64,000 nucleotides of DNA from NCBI GenBank assembly GCA_018657385.1, contig JABHXF010000009.1, forward strand, positions 2,554 to 66,553, in the 5' to 3' direction. Shown here piece after piece: positions 9,379 to 20,337 of this stretch (position 1 is its first letter; the number at the start of each line of letters is the position of its first letter). The stretch comes from Candidatus Woesearchaeota archaeon. GTDB taxonomy: Archaea > Nanobdellota > Nanobdellia > Woesearchaeales > DSVV01. The notes under the pieces are model-generated. The model did no database searches, was not told the DNA's origin, and was given only the letters and a program-made list of their open reading frames with translations. Position numbers and translations under genes: made by a program.

Positions 9379-10782
9379 ATGGCAAAGAAAACATCAAAGC
9401 TTCAAAAGCCTGCAAAATATAATGGTTTAGTTAAAGCTAGAAATCAAATATTAGATGCAATTGGTTTAACACCAGGTCATATTACAACTCTTCCAATGTA
9501 TCAAGCTATGGAAGAAATTTCCACAATGACATCTGGAAGATTAATGTATGAATTTCTTGATTATGCTAATGAAAATAAATGGGGTCATACATTAGATGAT
9601 GTTATGGGTGAAGCTCAATCATATCAAGATTTTGTATTAGGAAGAATTGATACTGGAAGAGATGTTCTTGGAGGGATAGTTAATTCTTTAGTTGAAATAG
9701 TAGGTATGAGAAAAAAGAATTTAAGATTAGAAAGATATAGTTCTGCAGGAAGTATGTTAAAAGAAATTTTTATGTTCTTAAACGAAGATCAGCCAGAAAA
9801 CTCAAGAAGAGGAATTATTAAAAGTCTGTGCAGATCAAAAAACGAAGGGGAAAATGAATTAGGAGAAAGCATGCTTGAACTTATCAAACTTGCAAGAACT
9901 ACTAAATTTGATGAAGATGGAAAAATAATCAAAAGTCCTGGTGGATATGTTGGAAATCTTATGAGTTCTCCTACAAAAGTTGAAGTATTATATGATTCAT
10001 TAAATAAAGATGTATGTTTCCAAATTTTTAGAAGAAAAAGTAATGTGAGAATTGCTGAAAAACTTGCTTATAGAATAGTAATTGCAGAAGAAGCACTTTA
10101 TGATCTATTATTTAATTTTTCATCATTTGAAAAACAAGCAAAACTTTATCCAAAATATAAAAACAGTACAAATTCAGAAGAAAGAATAAAAGCAAGAAGA
10201 TATAAACTATATGATCAAGTTTATAGAGCAATTAAAAAATCAAGATCACCTGGTAAAACAAATTTTCAAAAAGCATTTGATACATTTTGTAAAGTATATA
10301 AAGATTTTATTATTGATGATTTTTTTGGAGTGAAAATTGGTACAAGAACAAGAAATGCAGCCCTAAGAGTTTATAATCAATTAAGTCCAATACATGCAAC
10401 ATCATATGAATCAATACCTAATTGGAAACCTGGAGAAGGTATTACATTAGAAAGTAAAATACCTGGTTATACTATAGTTGAAATTGATAATCATGCTTCT
10501 CAAGATAGGTTAAGCTCAATGGTACAAATTGTTTTAAGAAAAGAAGCTTCAGATAAGAATAGAATGCCTGGTCCTGATTTATATGAAATTGTAATTCAAC
10601 CTGTAAAAGATGTAACTTTTGATATGTTCCATCCTGAAATTGGACATTTTAGATATGAAAGTGAGAGAAAAGCTGCTGTTGAAGACTTAAAACCATGGAA
10701 TAAAAAAAGATTTGAAGCATATAGTACATACTTAGAAAAAATGTTTGAAAAAGTTACACCACAAAATATTTTAGAATTGTAA
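9379..10782 (+). CDS. Divergent RelA/SpoT-like nucleotidyltransferase-fold protein
   Basis: RRKSNVRIAEKL (cf. RxKxxxSxxxK), DDFFGVKI (cf. DxxGxR), YEIVIQ (cf. ExQIRT) and GHFRYE (cf. HxxYK) occur in the expected order. Confidence 0.5.
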   Translation: MAKKTSKLQKPAKYNGLVKARNQILDAIGLTPGHITTLPMYQAMEEISTMTSGRLMYEFLDYANENKWGHTLDDVMGEAQSYQDFVLGRIDTGRDVLGGIVNSLVEIVGMRKKNLRLERYSSAGSMLKEIFMFLNEDQPENSRRGIIKSLCRSKNEGENELGESMLELIKLARTTKFDEDGKIIKSPGGYVGNLMSSPTKVEVLYDSLNKDVCFQIFRRKSNVRIAEKLAYRIVIAEEALYDLLFNFSSFEKQAKLYPKYKNSTNSEERIKARRYKLYDQVYRAIKKSRSPGKTNFQKAFDTFCKVYKDFIIDDFFGVKIGTRTRNAALRVYNQLSPIHATSYESIPNWKPGEGITLESKIPGYTIVEIDNHASQDRLSSMVQIVLRKEASDKNRMPGPDLYEIVIQPVKDVTFDMFHPEIGHFRYESERKAAVEDLKPWNKKRFEAYSTYLEKMFEKVTPQNILEL

Positions 10783-10811
10783 TTTTTATTTATTTATTTC
10801 TTAGCTATTAA

Positions 10812-11987
10812 TCATTTCAATAATAATATTGCATCACCAAAACTAAAGAATCTATATTTTTCTTTAATTGCAGTGTTGTAAATATTTAACATGTTTTCTC
10901 GTCCCCAATAAGCACTTAACATCATTAATAATGTTGATTTAGGTAGATGAAAATTAGTTATAAACCCTTTAATTTCATTCTTTAATTTAAATTCATAACC
11001 AGGATAAATAAATATTTTACTCCATCCTTCACCTGGTTTTATTATTACTTTTGTTTTTCCACTTTCTACATTTTTATTTTTTTCTTTCTCATCAACAACT
11101 GCAACAGTTTCTAAAGTTTTTAATGTTGTAGTACCAACAACAAATAACCTACCTTGCCTATTATTAATTGTATCTGCTGCTTCTTTATCCACAATATAAT
11201 ATTCAGGATGCATTTTATGTTTAGTAATGTCATCATATCTTACAGGTTTGAATGTTTCAAAACTTACATGTAAACAAATTGTAACTATTTTAATTCCTTT
11301 TTTTTTAATTTCATCTAAAAGCTCGTCTGTAAAATGTAAACCTGCAGTTGGTGCTGCAATACTTCCTGCTATTCTTTTTTCTTTAATTAATTTATCATCA
11401 ATTAATTTATTTTGTTTTATTTTTTCATTTATTTTGTCTTTACTATAAACTGTTTGATACCTTTTAAAATCTCCTTTATAATTTTCAATGTATGGTGGTA
11501 GAGGTAAATTTCCAAACTCATTTAATTTTTTTTCTAATTCTTTCTCACTAAGATCATCAGTGAATTTGATTGTATACCTTCCACCTATTTTATCAATTAC
11601 TTTAAATGTTAATTTTTCTTCTGGGTTATTTTTGTTAATAATAAACTCCTCATGTCCTTTTTGTGTATTTGTTGATTTAATTCTTGCTTCAAATTGTTTA
11701 GAAGAAATTTTGTTTACTAAAATTAAATCAATTTTCCCTCCTGAAACTTTTTGACCTTGAAAATGATAAGGTAAAACTTTAGTATTATTAACAACTAATA
11801 CGTCTCCTTTTTTTAAGTAATCAAGAATATTATGAAAATGTTTGTGTTGAATATTATCATTTGTTTGTCTTGTTTTATTTTCGACTTTTCTTTCAACAAC
11901 CATTAATCTAGATTCATCTCTTTTATCAACAGGAAATTGTGCAATTAATTCCTTTGGCAAATTATAGTCAAAATCAGATTGTTTCAT
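10812..11987 (-). CDS. queA: S-adenosylmethionine:tRNA ribosyltransferase-isomerase
   Basis: SDFDYNLPKELIAQFP, PLPPYI, RYQTVY, GSIAAPTAGLHF, LHVS, VGTT, TNFHLPKSTL, YRFFSFGDA. Confidence 0.97.
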   Translation of the reverse strand: MKQSDFDYNLPKELIAQFPVDKRDESRLMVVERKVENKTRQTNDNIQHKHFHNILDYLKKGDVLVVNNTKVLPYHFQGQKVSGGKIDLILVNKISSKQFEARIKSTNTQKGHEEFIINKNNPEEKLTFKVIDKIGGRYTIKFTDDLSEKELEKKLNEFGNLPLPPYIENYKGDFKRYQTVYSKDKINEKIKQNKLIDDKLIKEKRIAGSIAAPTAGLHFTDELLDEIKKKGIKIVTICLHVSFETFKPVRYDDITKHKMHPEYYIVDKEAADTINNRQGRLFVVGTTTLKTLETVAVVDEKEKNKNVESGKTKVIIKPGEGWSKIFIYPGYEFKLKNEIKGFITNFHLPKSTLLMMLSAYWGRENMLNIYNTAIKEKYRFFSFGDAILLLK

Positions 11988-12149
11988 ATTGTTAAGAAAA
12001 AGGTTTTGTTTTATATGTTTAATTGATAATATTCTTAGACTATCCTATAGTAATAATTAATTAAATATATATTATATTTTAATATAATAAACCAAAAGGT
12101 TTATATATGACTTTACAAAGAGTAGGTATATTGAGTGGGTTAAAAAAGG

Positions 12150-15100
12150 GTGTATTTAATGAATAAACAATTAGAGTACATTGCAATGTTTATGGCGCTA
12201 TTAGTTATTTCTCTCCCATTTTGTATCTCTTCAGTATATGCTGACCAAGCAAATATAATCAAAAAAGCAACTGTTTATGATGAAAATGATGTTGAAGGAG
12301 CAGTAAATGCTAAAGAAGGTACAATATTTGTTGAAGTTGAACTTGAATCAGGAGAAGAATTATTAAAAGAAGAAATATTCTATGAAAGTGATAATAATTT
12401 CTTAGGTACTATTAATAATATATTTGATTATTGTACAGGTGGAGTATGTGTTTTTTCCCATCCAATATATTCTAAAAATAATGGCCAATTTACTGCAAAT
12501 ATTAAAGTTGATACAATTGACACTAATGAGCAAGATAGTATTTCTGTTATATTTTGTGCAGATGATGTTCCACCAACAGTATTAATAAAAAGTGTTAAAC
12601 AACAAAAATCAAGTATTGAAATTGCATATAGTGTAGAAGACAATGTTGGCAATAATAAACAATGTGCACAAGGGATTAAAGAAGCTGTTTTATTAATTGA
12701 TGGAATCCCACAAGGAGTTAATAGTTATGATGGTGATAGTAAATCTGAGAGTGGAGTATTTACTAAAAGTATTTCAGAGTTAAGTGAATCTGAAGAATTA
12801 GTTGGTAGTATTAGTATTGTTGTACAAGGAATAGATGTTCTTGGAAATAAAGGAGAAAGTAATACAAAAACAAAAAATTTTGATTCTGCTAATCCTGAAA
12901 TATTAGCAGATACTTTAGCTGTTACAGATGAATTAGGTAACCCATTAGATCACATAGCAGGATCATTAGAAGGAGATGATTATGTTACAGTTATTAATAT
13001 TATGGTAGACATATTAGAAGATGATCTAAAATCTGCAGAAGCTGATTTATCAGGAATTACTTTAGAAATGGATGATAATACAGTTAAGGCAGAATGCACT
13101 AAAGATCAAACTCTTGAAGGAACAATTAATCATTGTGTATGGTCAGAAGTTAAGTTTGATGGAAAAGCTCAAGGAAATATTAAGATTGTTGCAAAAGATA
13201 AAGTTGGCAATAAAGTAACAGTTGAAAAAACTTTACCTATTACTAAAATAGAAGGTGGACCTGTTATTGATTCTATATTTATAGTAGGACAAGAAGGAAT
13301 GAGTAAGTCATATGTTAAAGATGAATTTGATGTAGGTATAAGATTAGCTGATCCTGTTGGATTTAATATAAGCAAACAAATTTATTTGAAAGGGAGTGGT
13401 GTTACAGGATTAAGTGATGCTGAAAGTAGTTTAGGGAAAAAACCAACAAAATGTATTGAACCTGTCCCAGGAACATGGGAATGTTATTTTGAAAAGTTGA
13501 AATCAACTAATGATAAAGAAGGAGTCTTAATAATTAATCCAAAAACTAAAAATGATCTTAATCAAAAAGTAAATATTGAAGGTTCAGCAATGACTTCATT
13601 AGAATTTATTATAGATAAATCACCTCCAACTTTAGTTGGCTTTAAACCAAACACACCTGATAAAATAACAGCTGAAGCAGTACAGAAAAAGAGTGGTACA
13701 GATTATAGTGAATTCCATGTTTATGAATCATTAGATTGTCCAACATATGAACAATCTTTAGACATAATAATGCTTATTGCAGATTATAACAAACCAAATA
13801 TTATTGCTGATGTCAGCTCAATTTCTTCAAAAAATATTGTTAAAGGTCAATGTAGTCAAGTTGATCAACAAGATTATCCTTATGCTGAATATAGCGTGCT
13901 AACAAATGGTTTTTTGTATGAATGTGATATTAGTATTGGTGAGATAAGACCTGCTGAGCAAAAAAATAACCCTATTTACATTAATGTAACAGATCCTGCA
14001 GGAAATATGATTATTGGTGGTGATGAAGATCAAGGTCTTACTTATAATGTTGACTTATGTACAACTGATTATGCTTTATTGCCACCTGATGAAATTGAAT
14101 ATATCAAAGTTGAACCTTATGATTCAACTTCAGATAGTTTAAAAGTTATGGCAATTTCATTAAGAAATTCTGATTATCCTTTAATGGTTAATATTGTTTA
14201 TAAGTTTAGAAGTAGTAATACTAAAATTTTATCTCAATCAATTACTTGTGATGGTGCATCAAGTATTGTATTCCCACATGGAGATAATGTAGTTGGTAAA
14301 TCTGGAGGAGATGAAGAGAAATTTGCAATTATCAAACTTAAAAAGAAAAAAACAGATGAAGATGACCCTAATGCAGATTGGGATCCTGAAACAGGGGAAG
14401 CAATAACTGATGGTTATGGATTAGATTGTACTGCACAACTTAGTATAAGACAAGGAGAAACAATTTATAGTCAATTGGAAGAAGAGAAGTTTGCATTAGA
14501 TATTGACCTAGTCGAGCCTGCTTTAGGTGGTTCTGAAGCAAGTGCTGATGCAAAATTCAAAGCACTTGAATATGAAATTGATAATCAACAAAGTGAAATT
14601 GATAAATGGCAAGATGTTGTAACTACATTTGATTGGATTTGTGGAATAGCAGAAGTATTAGGTATTGTTGCAACATTATTAAATACTGTAAAATCCACAG
14701 TACAAGGAATTTTAATGTTAATTCAGTGGACTGGTAATTCAGATTCAGCATGGAATAGTATTTGTACTGTTGTTAATAAAATAGTTTCAGCAATTAACCA
14801 ATTCATTTGGCCAACTAATTCCTTGCCAATTCCTCCACAAATAGGTCATATTTTCATGTATGTTTGTGCTTATTTCCATTGCACTTTTTCAGATCCTGAA
14901 TTCTGGGGAAGTATGGCTGGAGATTTAGTAAGTGCTGCATTAACTCCTTTAGCTGGAGCAATGTACGAAAATGCTGATAAGAAAGTAACAGAAGTTCCTA
15001 AAACAGAAGAGCAAGTAAATAAAGAAATGAAACAGTATGAAGAGAGTAATAAAGGCGATTTAGATAAAATGGACCCAGAACAAAAAGAAAAACATTTAGC

Positions 15101-16190
15101 TGATCTTAAATCACAAGTTGCAAAAGAAAAAACATTAGTTGTAACTGATATTGCAGATGCGGGTACTAAAAATGATGATTGGGATGAGAACGTTTTTGGT
15201 GAAAGTAAAAAAGATATTGAAGGCGGAACTATGATTGATTCAGAGATTAAACCAGGTGTCCCAAAAACAATAGGTGGTGATAAAGGATACTCTACAGGAG
15301 CTAAACAAAGCTTTGGAGATGTATATGGGCAACAAATGCTTAATAATTTCAAAGGAGTATATGCACCATCAATTCATAATTATTATACTACAGCAACTGG
15401 TGCTTATTCATTGACAGACCCAATTATGGGATTTGTAGGATTAACATTGGATGAAGAGGAAAAAAGTGCATGGTGGTTTGAATCCCTATCTCATCAAGAT
15501 GTTTATCATGGTTCAGGTTCATGGGGAGATGAGAAAAAAGCAATGGACAAACAAGTAAATAGATATTATGATGATTATGGAGAAGGAATAACATCAAATC
15601 ACCTAGAAGAGATTGACAAAGGAGTTAGCAAATATGTAGAAGATTTAGACATATTTAATCCATATAGGGTACAATCAATAGGTAATTTGTGTCCTAAAGC
15701 ATTATTATTTGAAGCAAAAAAACATAAACAACTATTATGTGTTAAAAAATTGTGTTATGATGCTGCAGCTGAGATTGGAAGCAACATGGCAAGATGTGAT
15801 AATGCATATAAAGTTCATGAATGTTTATATATAAAAAGTGCAGCAGAAACATTGCTTACTGCTGATAAAATAGAAAGTCTATGGTGGACAGCAATGGGGA
15901 CTAGTGCTGGATGGTCAGCTTTGTATGCTGCAGGCTCATTTGTACTTATTACCCTGCCATGTTATGATTATTATAAAGTTTCATCATCTACATCAGATTG
16001 TACTAAAGGTGTTAATGCAGGTGGAATTAGGTCTGCTTATTGTGGACTTGCAATGAGTGGGACTGCTATTTATGAATTTATTAATGTAATAACTGATTGG
16101 GAAGATGTAGGGGCAAAGTATTGGGAAAACTGGCTTGAAGGAGATGCTGCAGATGTTAAAAATTATTGTAAACTTGCGGATGTGGATTAA
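12150..16190 (+). CDS. Large exported protein: Ig-like repeats plus C-terminal Cys-rich coiled-coil/hydrophobic domain (cluster A); paralog of 44694..48458
   Basis: Signal LVISLPFCISSVYAD; repeated DxxGN and DxxPP Ig-like motifs; collinear motifs shared with the 1254-aa ORF. Confidence 0.8.
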   Translation: MYLMNKQLEYIAMFMALLVISLPFCISSVYADQANIIKKATVYDENDVEGAVNAKEGTIFVEVELESGEELLKEEIFYESDNNFLGTINNIFDYCTGGVCVFSHPIYSKNNGQFTANIKVDTIDTNEQDSISVIFCADDVPPTVLIKSVKQQKSSIEIAYSVEDNVGNNKQCAQGIKEAVLLIDGIPQGVNSYDGDSKSESGVFTKSISELSESEELVGSISIVVQGIDVLGNKGESNTKTKNFDSANPEILADTLAVTDELGNPLDHIAGSLEGDDYVTVINIMVDILEDDLKSAEADLSGITLEMDDNTVKAECTKDQTLEGTINHCVWSEVKFDGKAQGNIKIVAKDKVGNKVTVEKTLPITKIEGGPVIDSIFIVGQEGMSKSYVKDEFDVGIRLADPVGFNISKQIYLKGSGVTGLSDAESSLGKKPTKCIEPVPGTWECYFEKLKSTNDKEGVLIINPKTKNDLNQKVNIEGSAMTSLEFIIDKSPPTLVGFKPNTPDKITAEAVQKKSGTDYSEFHVYESLDCPTYEQSLDIIMLIADYNKPNIIADVSSISSKNIVKGQCSQVDQQDYPYAEYSVLTNGFLYECDISIGEIRPAEQKNNPIYINVTDPAGNMIIGGDEDQGLTYNVDLCTTDYALLPPDEIEYIKVEPYDSTSDSLKVMAISLRNSDYPLMVNIVYKFRSSNTKILSQSITCDGASSIVFPHGDNVVGKSGGDEEKFAIIKLKKKKTDEDDPNADWDPETGEAITDGYGLDCTAQLSIRQGETIYSQLEEEKFALDIDLVEPALGGSEASADAKFKALEYEIDNQQSEIDKWQDVVTTFDWICGIAEVLGIVATLLNTVKSTVQGILMLIQWTGNSDSAWNSICTVVNKIVSAINQFIWPTNSLPIPPQIGHIFMYVCAYFHCTFSDPEFWGSMAGDLVSAALTPLAGAMYENADKKVTEVPKTEEQVNKEMKQYEESNKGDLDKMDPEQKEKHLADLKSQVAKEKTLVVTDIADAGTKNDDWDENVFGESKKDIEGGTMIDSEIKPGVPKTIGGDKGYSTGAKQSFGDVYGQQMLNNFKGVYAPSIHNYYTTATGAYSLTDPIMGFVGLTLDEEEKSAWWFESLSHQDVYHGSGSWGDEKKAMDKQVNRYYDDYGEGITSNHLEEIDKGVSKYVEDLDIFNPYRVQSIGNLCPKALLFEAKKHKQLLCVKKLCYDAAAEIGSNMARCDNAYKVHECLYIKSAAETLLTADKIESLWWTAMGTSAGWSALYAAGSFVLITLPCYDYYKVSSSTSDCTKGVNAGGIRSAYCGLAMSGTAIYEFINVITDWEDVGAKYWENWLEGDAADVKNYCKLADVD

Positions 16191-16192
16191 AA

Positions 16193-16852
16193 ATGAAAAC
16201 AAGGATTAAAAAAAGTGTAATATTATGTTTGCTTATAATTTGTTTTAGTTTGTTCTCTACTTTAACTTACCCAATAACAGATCAAAAACCTAGCTCAAAT
16301 GATATGTATCCAACTACTGAAAATGATTTGCAATCAGCAGGATGGGGTGTTTATCCAGTTATTCCAGGATTTTATGATGTAGCTGATTGGGAAATTGCTG
16401 TATGTATGTATTATACTGGGCCAGGTAAAACTGTAGACAAAACTTTTACTGGAATAGGACTCTCTAAAGATTATCCTGGACAAGTTGATTTTATAGATGC
16501 ATATAGAGAAACAACATATGATCCTGATACAGATGCTGACACTAACTTATATACTGTTTGCTGGGGAGTTATTCCTTTTGAAGATTCAGTTACATTTAAT
16601 GTAATATTAAAAGGTGATGGATCACCAGTAAAAGTAACTAAATCTCCAAGAACAGCTCAAGAAATATCTGGAGATGTTGATTGTGATACTGTAATTGATG
16701 ATAAAATTTTTACAGACGCAGCAATTGTACTCCCAGGAAATACTTTTATTAAAGTACCTGTAGTTGACAAAGAAACAGGTAATCTAGTTACATTAGAAGA
16801 TGAATCTAATACTAATGTAGAATATGATGGTGATATAGACTTAGAAACTTAA
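16193..16852 (+). CDS. Secreted hypothetical protein (cluster A)
   Basis: Signal peptide; WEIAVCMYYTG loosely resembles WLYDSVCTMDYYNTG in the conserved C-terminal domain of 35572..37899 and 38198..44596. Confidence 0.75.
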   Translation: MKTRIKKSVILCLLIICFSLFSTLTYPITDQKPSSNDMYPTTENDLQSAGWGVYPVIPGFYDVADWEIAVCMYYTGPGKTVDKTFTGIGLSKDYPGQVDFIDAYRETTYDPDTDADTNLYTVCWGVIPFEDSVTFNVILKGDGSPVKVTKSPRTAQEISGDVDCDTVIDDKIFTDAAIVLPGNTFIKVPVVDKETGNLVTLEDESNTNVEYDGDIDLET

Positions 16853-16894
16853 AAAATTAAAAAATAATTCCAATTAAGAGTAAATATTTCAAAA

Positions 16895-17782
16895 ATGAAT
16901 AAAATTAAAAAAAACTTTAAAATATTATTTCAAGATTATTTTGATTCATTTAAAAAAATTAGTTGGAGCTTTATCTTAATGATGATTACTGATTTTTTAT
17001 TTGTAATGTTATTGGTAGTTTTAATAACTTATTCATTTGGTTCTTTATCATCATATTATCAAGAAGCAATACCAGGGTTAGAAGAATATAAAAGTTTGTC
17101 TTTTTCCGAATTAAAAGAAAAAACCCCAGAGATTATCTCAAAAATTGAAGAAAATAAAGAAGAATTAGCAGCATCTGGTGTATATGATAATATTCAAATG
17201 AAAATAATAATGACATTATTATTGTCTGGTCTTCTTTTTTGTCTTTTATCTTCTTTGAGCAGATCAATTGTATGGGCACTAGTTAAAAAAAGCTTTAAAA
17301 AGTTCAATAGATTATTCATTTATAATTTTATATGGATTGTTTTCTGGGTTTTAGTGTTCATATTATTATTACTTATAATAAATCAAGAAACGATCATACA
17401 AGTATCATTATCTTTTATTTTTGTTTATGTTATACTTGCTTTGTTTTTTAGACTTAATTATAATATGAAAATCTATTCAAAAAATTCAATTACCGACGAG
17501 AAAATAAATAAAAATAGATTAATTAAACTTATTTTTTCAAAACCGGCAAAAGATATAATTGGTAGTTTGAAATTTTTTATATATTATTTTATTAGCTTTA
17601 TTTTAATTTTATTAACTTTTTCAATTGTTTTATCTATATCTAACTTATTCCAACGCATTATTATAAGTAATGAATTGATTATTGGCATTATTCAAATTAT
17701 TATAATTCTTGCATTAATTTCATGGGCAAGAATTTATCTAAATATAAGAATCCCATCAATTGTTGGAAAAACTCAAAATTAA
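16895..17782 (+). CDS. Multi-pass membrane protein (about 6 TM); paralog of 34674..35441
   Basis: Six hydrophobic stretches; TDFLF and SRSIVWAL correspond to YDLIY and FKGLIWAK in the paralog. Confidence 0.8.
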   Translation: MNKIKKNFKILFQDYFDSFKKISWSFILMMITDFLFVMLLVVLITYSFGSLSSYYQEAIPGLEEYKSLSFSELKEKTPEIISKIEENKEELAASGVYDNIQMKIIMTLLLSGLLFCLLSSLSRSIVWALVKKSFKKFNRLFIYNFIWIVFWVLVFILLLLIINQETIIQVSLSFIFVYVILALFFRLNYNMKIYSKNSITDEKINKNRLIKLIFSKPAKDIIGSLKFFIYYFISFILILLTFSIVLSISNLFQRIIISNELIIGIIQIIIILALISWARIYLNIRIPSIVGKTQN

Positions 17783-17839
17783 AATTGTCATATTAAAGTT
17801 CATATAATATTAATAAAAACAAAAAAAGAGGAGATTACA

Positions 17840-20227
17840 TTGAGAATTAATTTAAAAAATAAAAAATCACAAGTTGCATTATTCATAATATTAGGGTTAC
17901 TAATATTAATTGGAGCAATTTTTCTAATTTATATTAGATCTACATCTGTAACACCTGAAAAATCATTAAGTATAATACAAGAACAATTACCAAATGATTT
18001 TAAACCTGTACAAACATTAGTTACACAATGTATTACTGATCTTTCAAAAGAAGCAATTATTAAAATTGGCTTAAATGGAGGATACATTGATCCAACAATT
18101 ACACAGTATTCTTCATCGTCATTTAATTTTGAAAAACAAAATCCAACAGAATCAGATGGAATAACAGTTTCTGATGAACATCATGTCCCATATTGGTATC
18201 ATATGCCTTCCCCAAGTAATTGTGAATTTTCAGATTGCTATACTGAACTTGATTATCCTCTTGCTATTTTCATGGAAGAACAAATATCTAAATATGTTGA
18301 TTTTAATCTAAATAATTGCCTTAATGATTTTGAAGCAATTAAAGAAATGGAGATTACTGTTACTCAAATAACAGAACCAGAAACAACAACAATTATTGCA
18401 AAAAATGATATTGTAGTCCAAACAAATTACAAATTAAGCCTTAAGAAAGGTAATTCAAAATCTGAAACAAATTATTATAATGTAATTCATAATTTAGAAA
18501 TGACTGAAATATATATGTTGGCAATTAACATTTTAAGATCTGAAGCAAATCATAGAACATTTGAAAAAATATTATTTAACACCATGAATTATTATATGGG
18601 TGCAGACCAAAACTTATTACCACCATTATATTCAACATTAGGTGAAGCATCATATATTATGTGGATGAAACATGATGTTAAAAATAAGATTGAAGAACTC
18701 ATATATGCATATCTTCCTTTAGTTAGAATTGAAAATACAAGGAATGCTGAATTATTTACATCTGAACAAGTAATTGAAAATAATATATTGAATTTTTTAT
18801 ACTTAAAAAATGATTTAGCTTTTAATAATTATGAGGTCTATTTCCATTATAATCAATGGCCAATCTATTTAGATATAAAACCACATATTGAAGATGGTTC
18901 AATTATAAGGGCTCAAAAAACAGTTTTTAGTTCAAGTATAGATATGATGCCTGATAAAATAATTTCAACATTTGAATCTAGATATGATATTGCATACCCT
19001 ATTTTAGTTGAAGTTAGAGATCCAGATGCATTTGATGGTCAAGGATATAGTTTATTTTTTGCATTAGAAGCAAATATCAAAGAAAATCAAGATATTGCAT
19101 TATATCGAAAATATGGCACACCAGAATGGCCAACAGACGCAGAGTTATCATTAACTGGAGTTGATGTAGAAAAAGTCAAAACTTATGATGAAGATGGTAA
19201 TGAAATGGAATTAGTTACACCACCTAAACCACCAGGAGAAATGTTTTTCTGTGATGAAGCACAAAGAGTTGCACAAGAAGTTAAATTTATTGTTAAAGAA
19301 TCTCATCCAATAAATATCCCAGTAGAAGAAGCAATGATATACTATGTATGTGGTCCTTTTGCAACATGTCTTCTCGGATTAACTGCAGAAGATGGAACAC
19401 TTACTACTAAATTGCCAATGTGTAATGGTGGTGCAGTAAAAGTTGCCTTAAAAGGTTATGATACCAAATATGTTCCTTTTGATTCAGAAGTAGGCTTTGG
19501 TTCTAAAACACAATTAATTGAAATTTACAAACCAATGAGAAAATTAGTTCAATTTCAAATTTTACCCATTCCAGAATTAGAAACATTTGATGCTGATGAG
19601 ATAACCAATAAAATTGAAATTAAAGAAATTATTGATGAAATTTCATTTGTTGAATCAAGTGAAAATTTAGCCTTGGGTCCTGATGATGATTTTAATATGG
19701 GTCTTATGTTAATGTTCATAAAAGAAAAAGAAAATGCTTATGATTCAGAATATATTTTTACAACATACCTTAATTTAAGTAAAAACTCTCCTGAAACAGT
19801 AGTTGAATTAGTTCCTGGAGATTATAGAGCAGAGATTAATTATTTTAATTATTCTGTTCATGAAGTATTAGGAGATAGTATATGTACTAGTGAATGGGCA
19901 GGTACATGTTGGGATAGTAAGTGGGTGGATGGAGTGAATATTAGTACAACTGTTCCAGGAATGGTTTCAATGAATTATGAAAATAATTACATGTTCCATG
20001 TTAAATATGATGATTTAGTAGATGAAGAAAAAGATACATTAATATTTTATATTCCAAAGGGACAATTGCCAGAAAAGATTACAGGGATGGAAATAATGAA
20101 TAAAATTACAGAAGCATCTGATAAATATAGATTATTTATTGAACCAAAATGGATGGACTCAAATGATGTAGAATGGATTATTCCACCAGAACACTGGGCC
20201 CTAGAAGAAGCATATGGTACCTCATAA
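17840..20227 (+). CDS. Large protein with class III (type IV pilin-like) signal peptide; paralog of 48463..50733
   Basis: KKS/QVALFIILGLLILI, PVQTLVTQC..IGLNGGYI, PYW, LPPLY, YPIL..D, CGP, LPMC motifs shared with the paralog. Confidence 0.8.
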   Translation: MRINLKNKKSQVALFIILGLLILIGAIFLIYIRSTSVTPEKSLSIIQEQLPNDFKPVQTLVTQCITDLSKEAIIKIGLNGGYIDPTITQYSSSSFNFEKQNPTESDGITVSDEHHVPYWYHMPSPSNCEFSDCYTELDYPLAIFMEEQISKYVDFNLNNCLNDFEAIKEMEITVTQITEPETTTIIAKNDIVVQTNYKLSLKKGNSKSETNYYNVIHNLEMTEIYMLAINILRSEANHRTFEKILFNTMNYYMGADQNLLPPLYSTLGEASYIMWMKHDVKNKIEELIYAYLPLVRIENTRNAELFTSEQVIENNILNFLYLKNDLAFNNYEVYFHYNQWPIYLDIKPHIEDGSIIRAQKTVFSSSIDMMPDKIISTFESRYDIAYPILVEVRDPDAFDGQGYSLFFALEANIKENQDIALYRKYGTPEWPTDAELSLTGVDVEKVKTYDEDGNEMELVTPPKPPGEMFFCDEAQRVAQEVKFIVKESHPINIPVEEAMIYYVCGPFATCLLGLTAEDGTLTTKLPMCNGGAVKVALKGYDTKYVPFDSEVGFGSKTQLIEIYKPMRKLVQFQILPIPELETFDADEITNKIEIKEIIDEISFVESSENLALGPDDDFNMGLMLMFIKEKENAYDSEYIFTTYLNLSKNSPETVVELVPGDYRAEINYFNYSVHEVLGDSICTSEWAGTCWDSKWVDGVNISTTVPGMVSMNYENNYMFHVKYDDLVDEEKDTLIFYIPKGQLPEKITGMEIMNKITEASDKYRLFIEPKWMDSNDVEWIIPPEHWALEEAYGTS

Positions 20228-20337
20228 GAATTTAATTATATTATAATCATTAAATTAGATTATAATAATTATTAAAATAATTAATATAATTTTAAGATGA
20301 TGGGTATAGAATGTAAAATAATAGATACAGAATAAAA

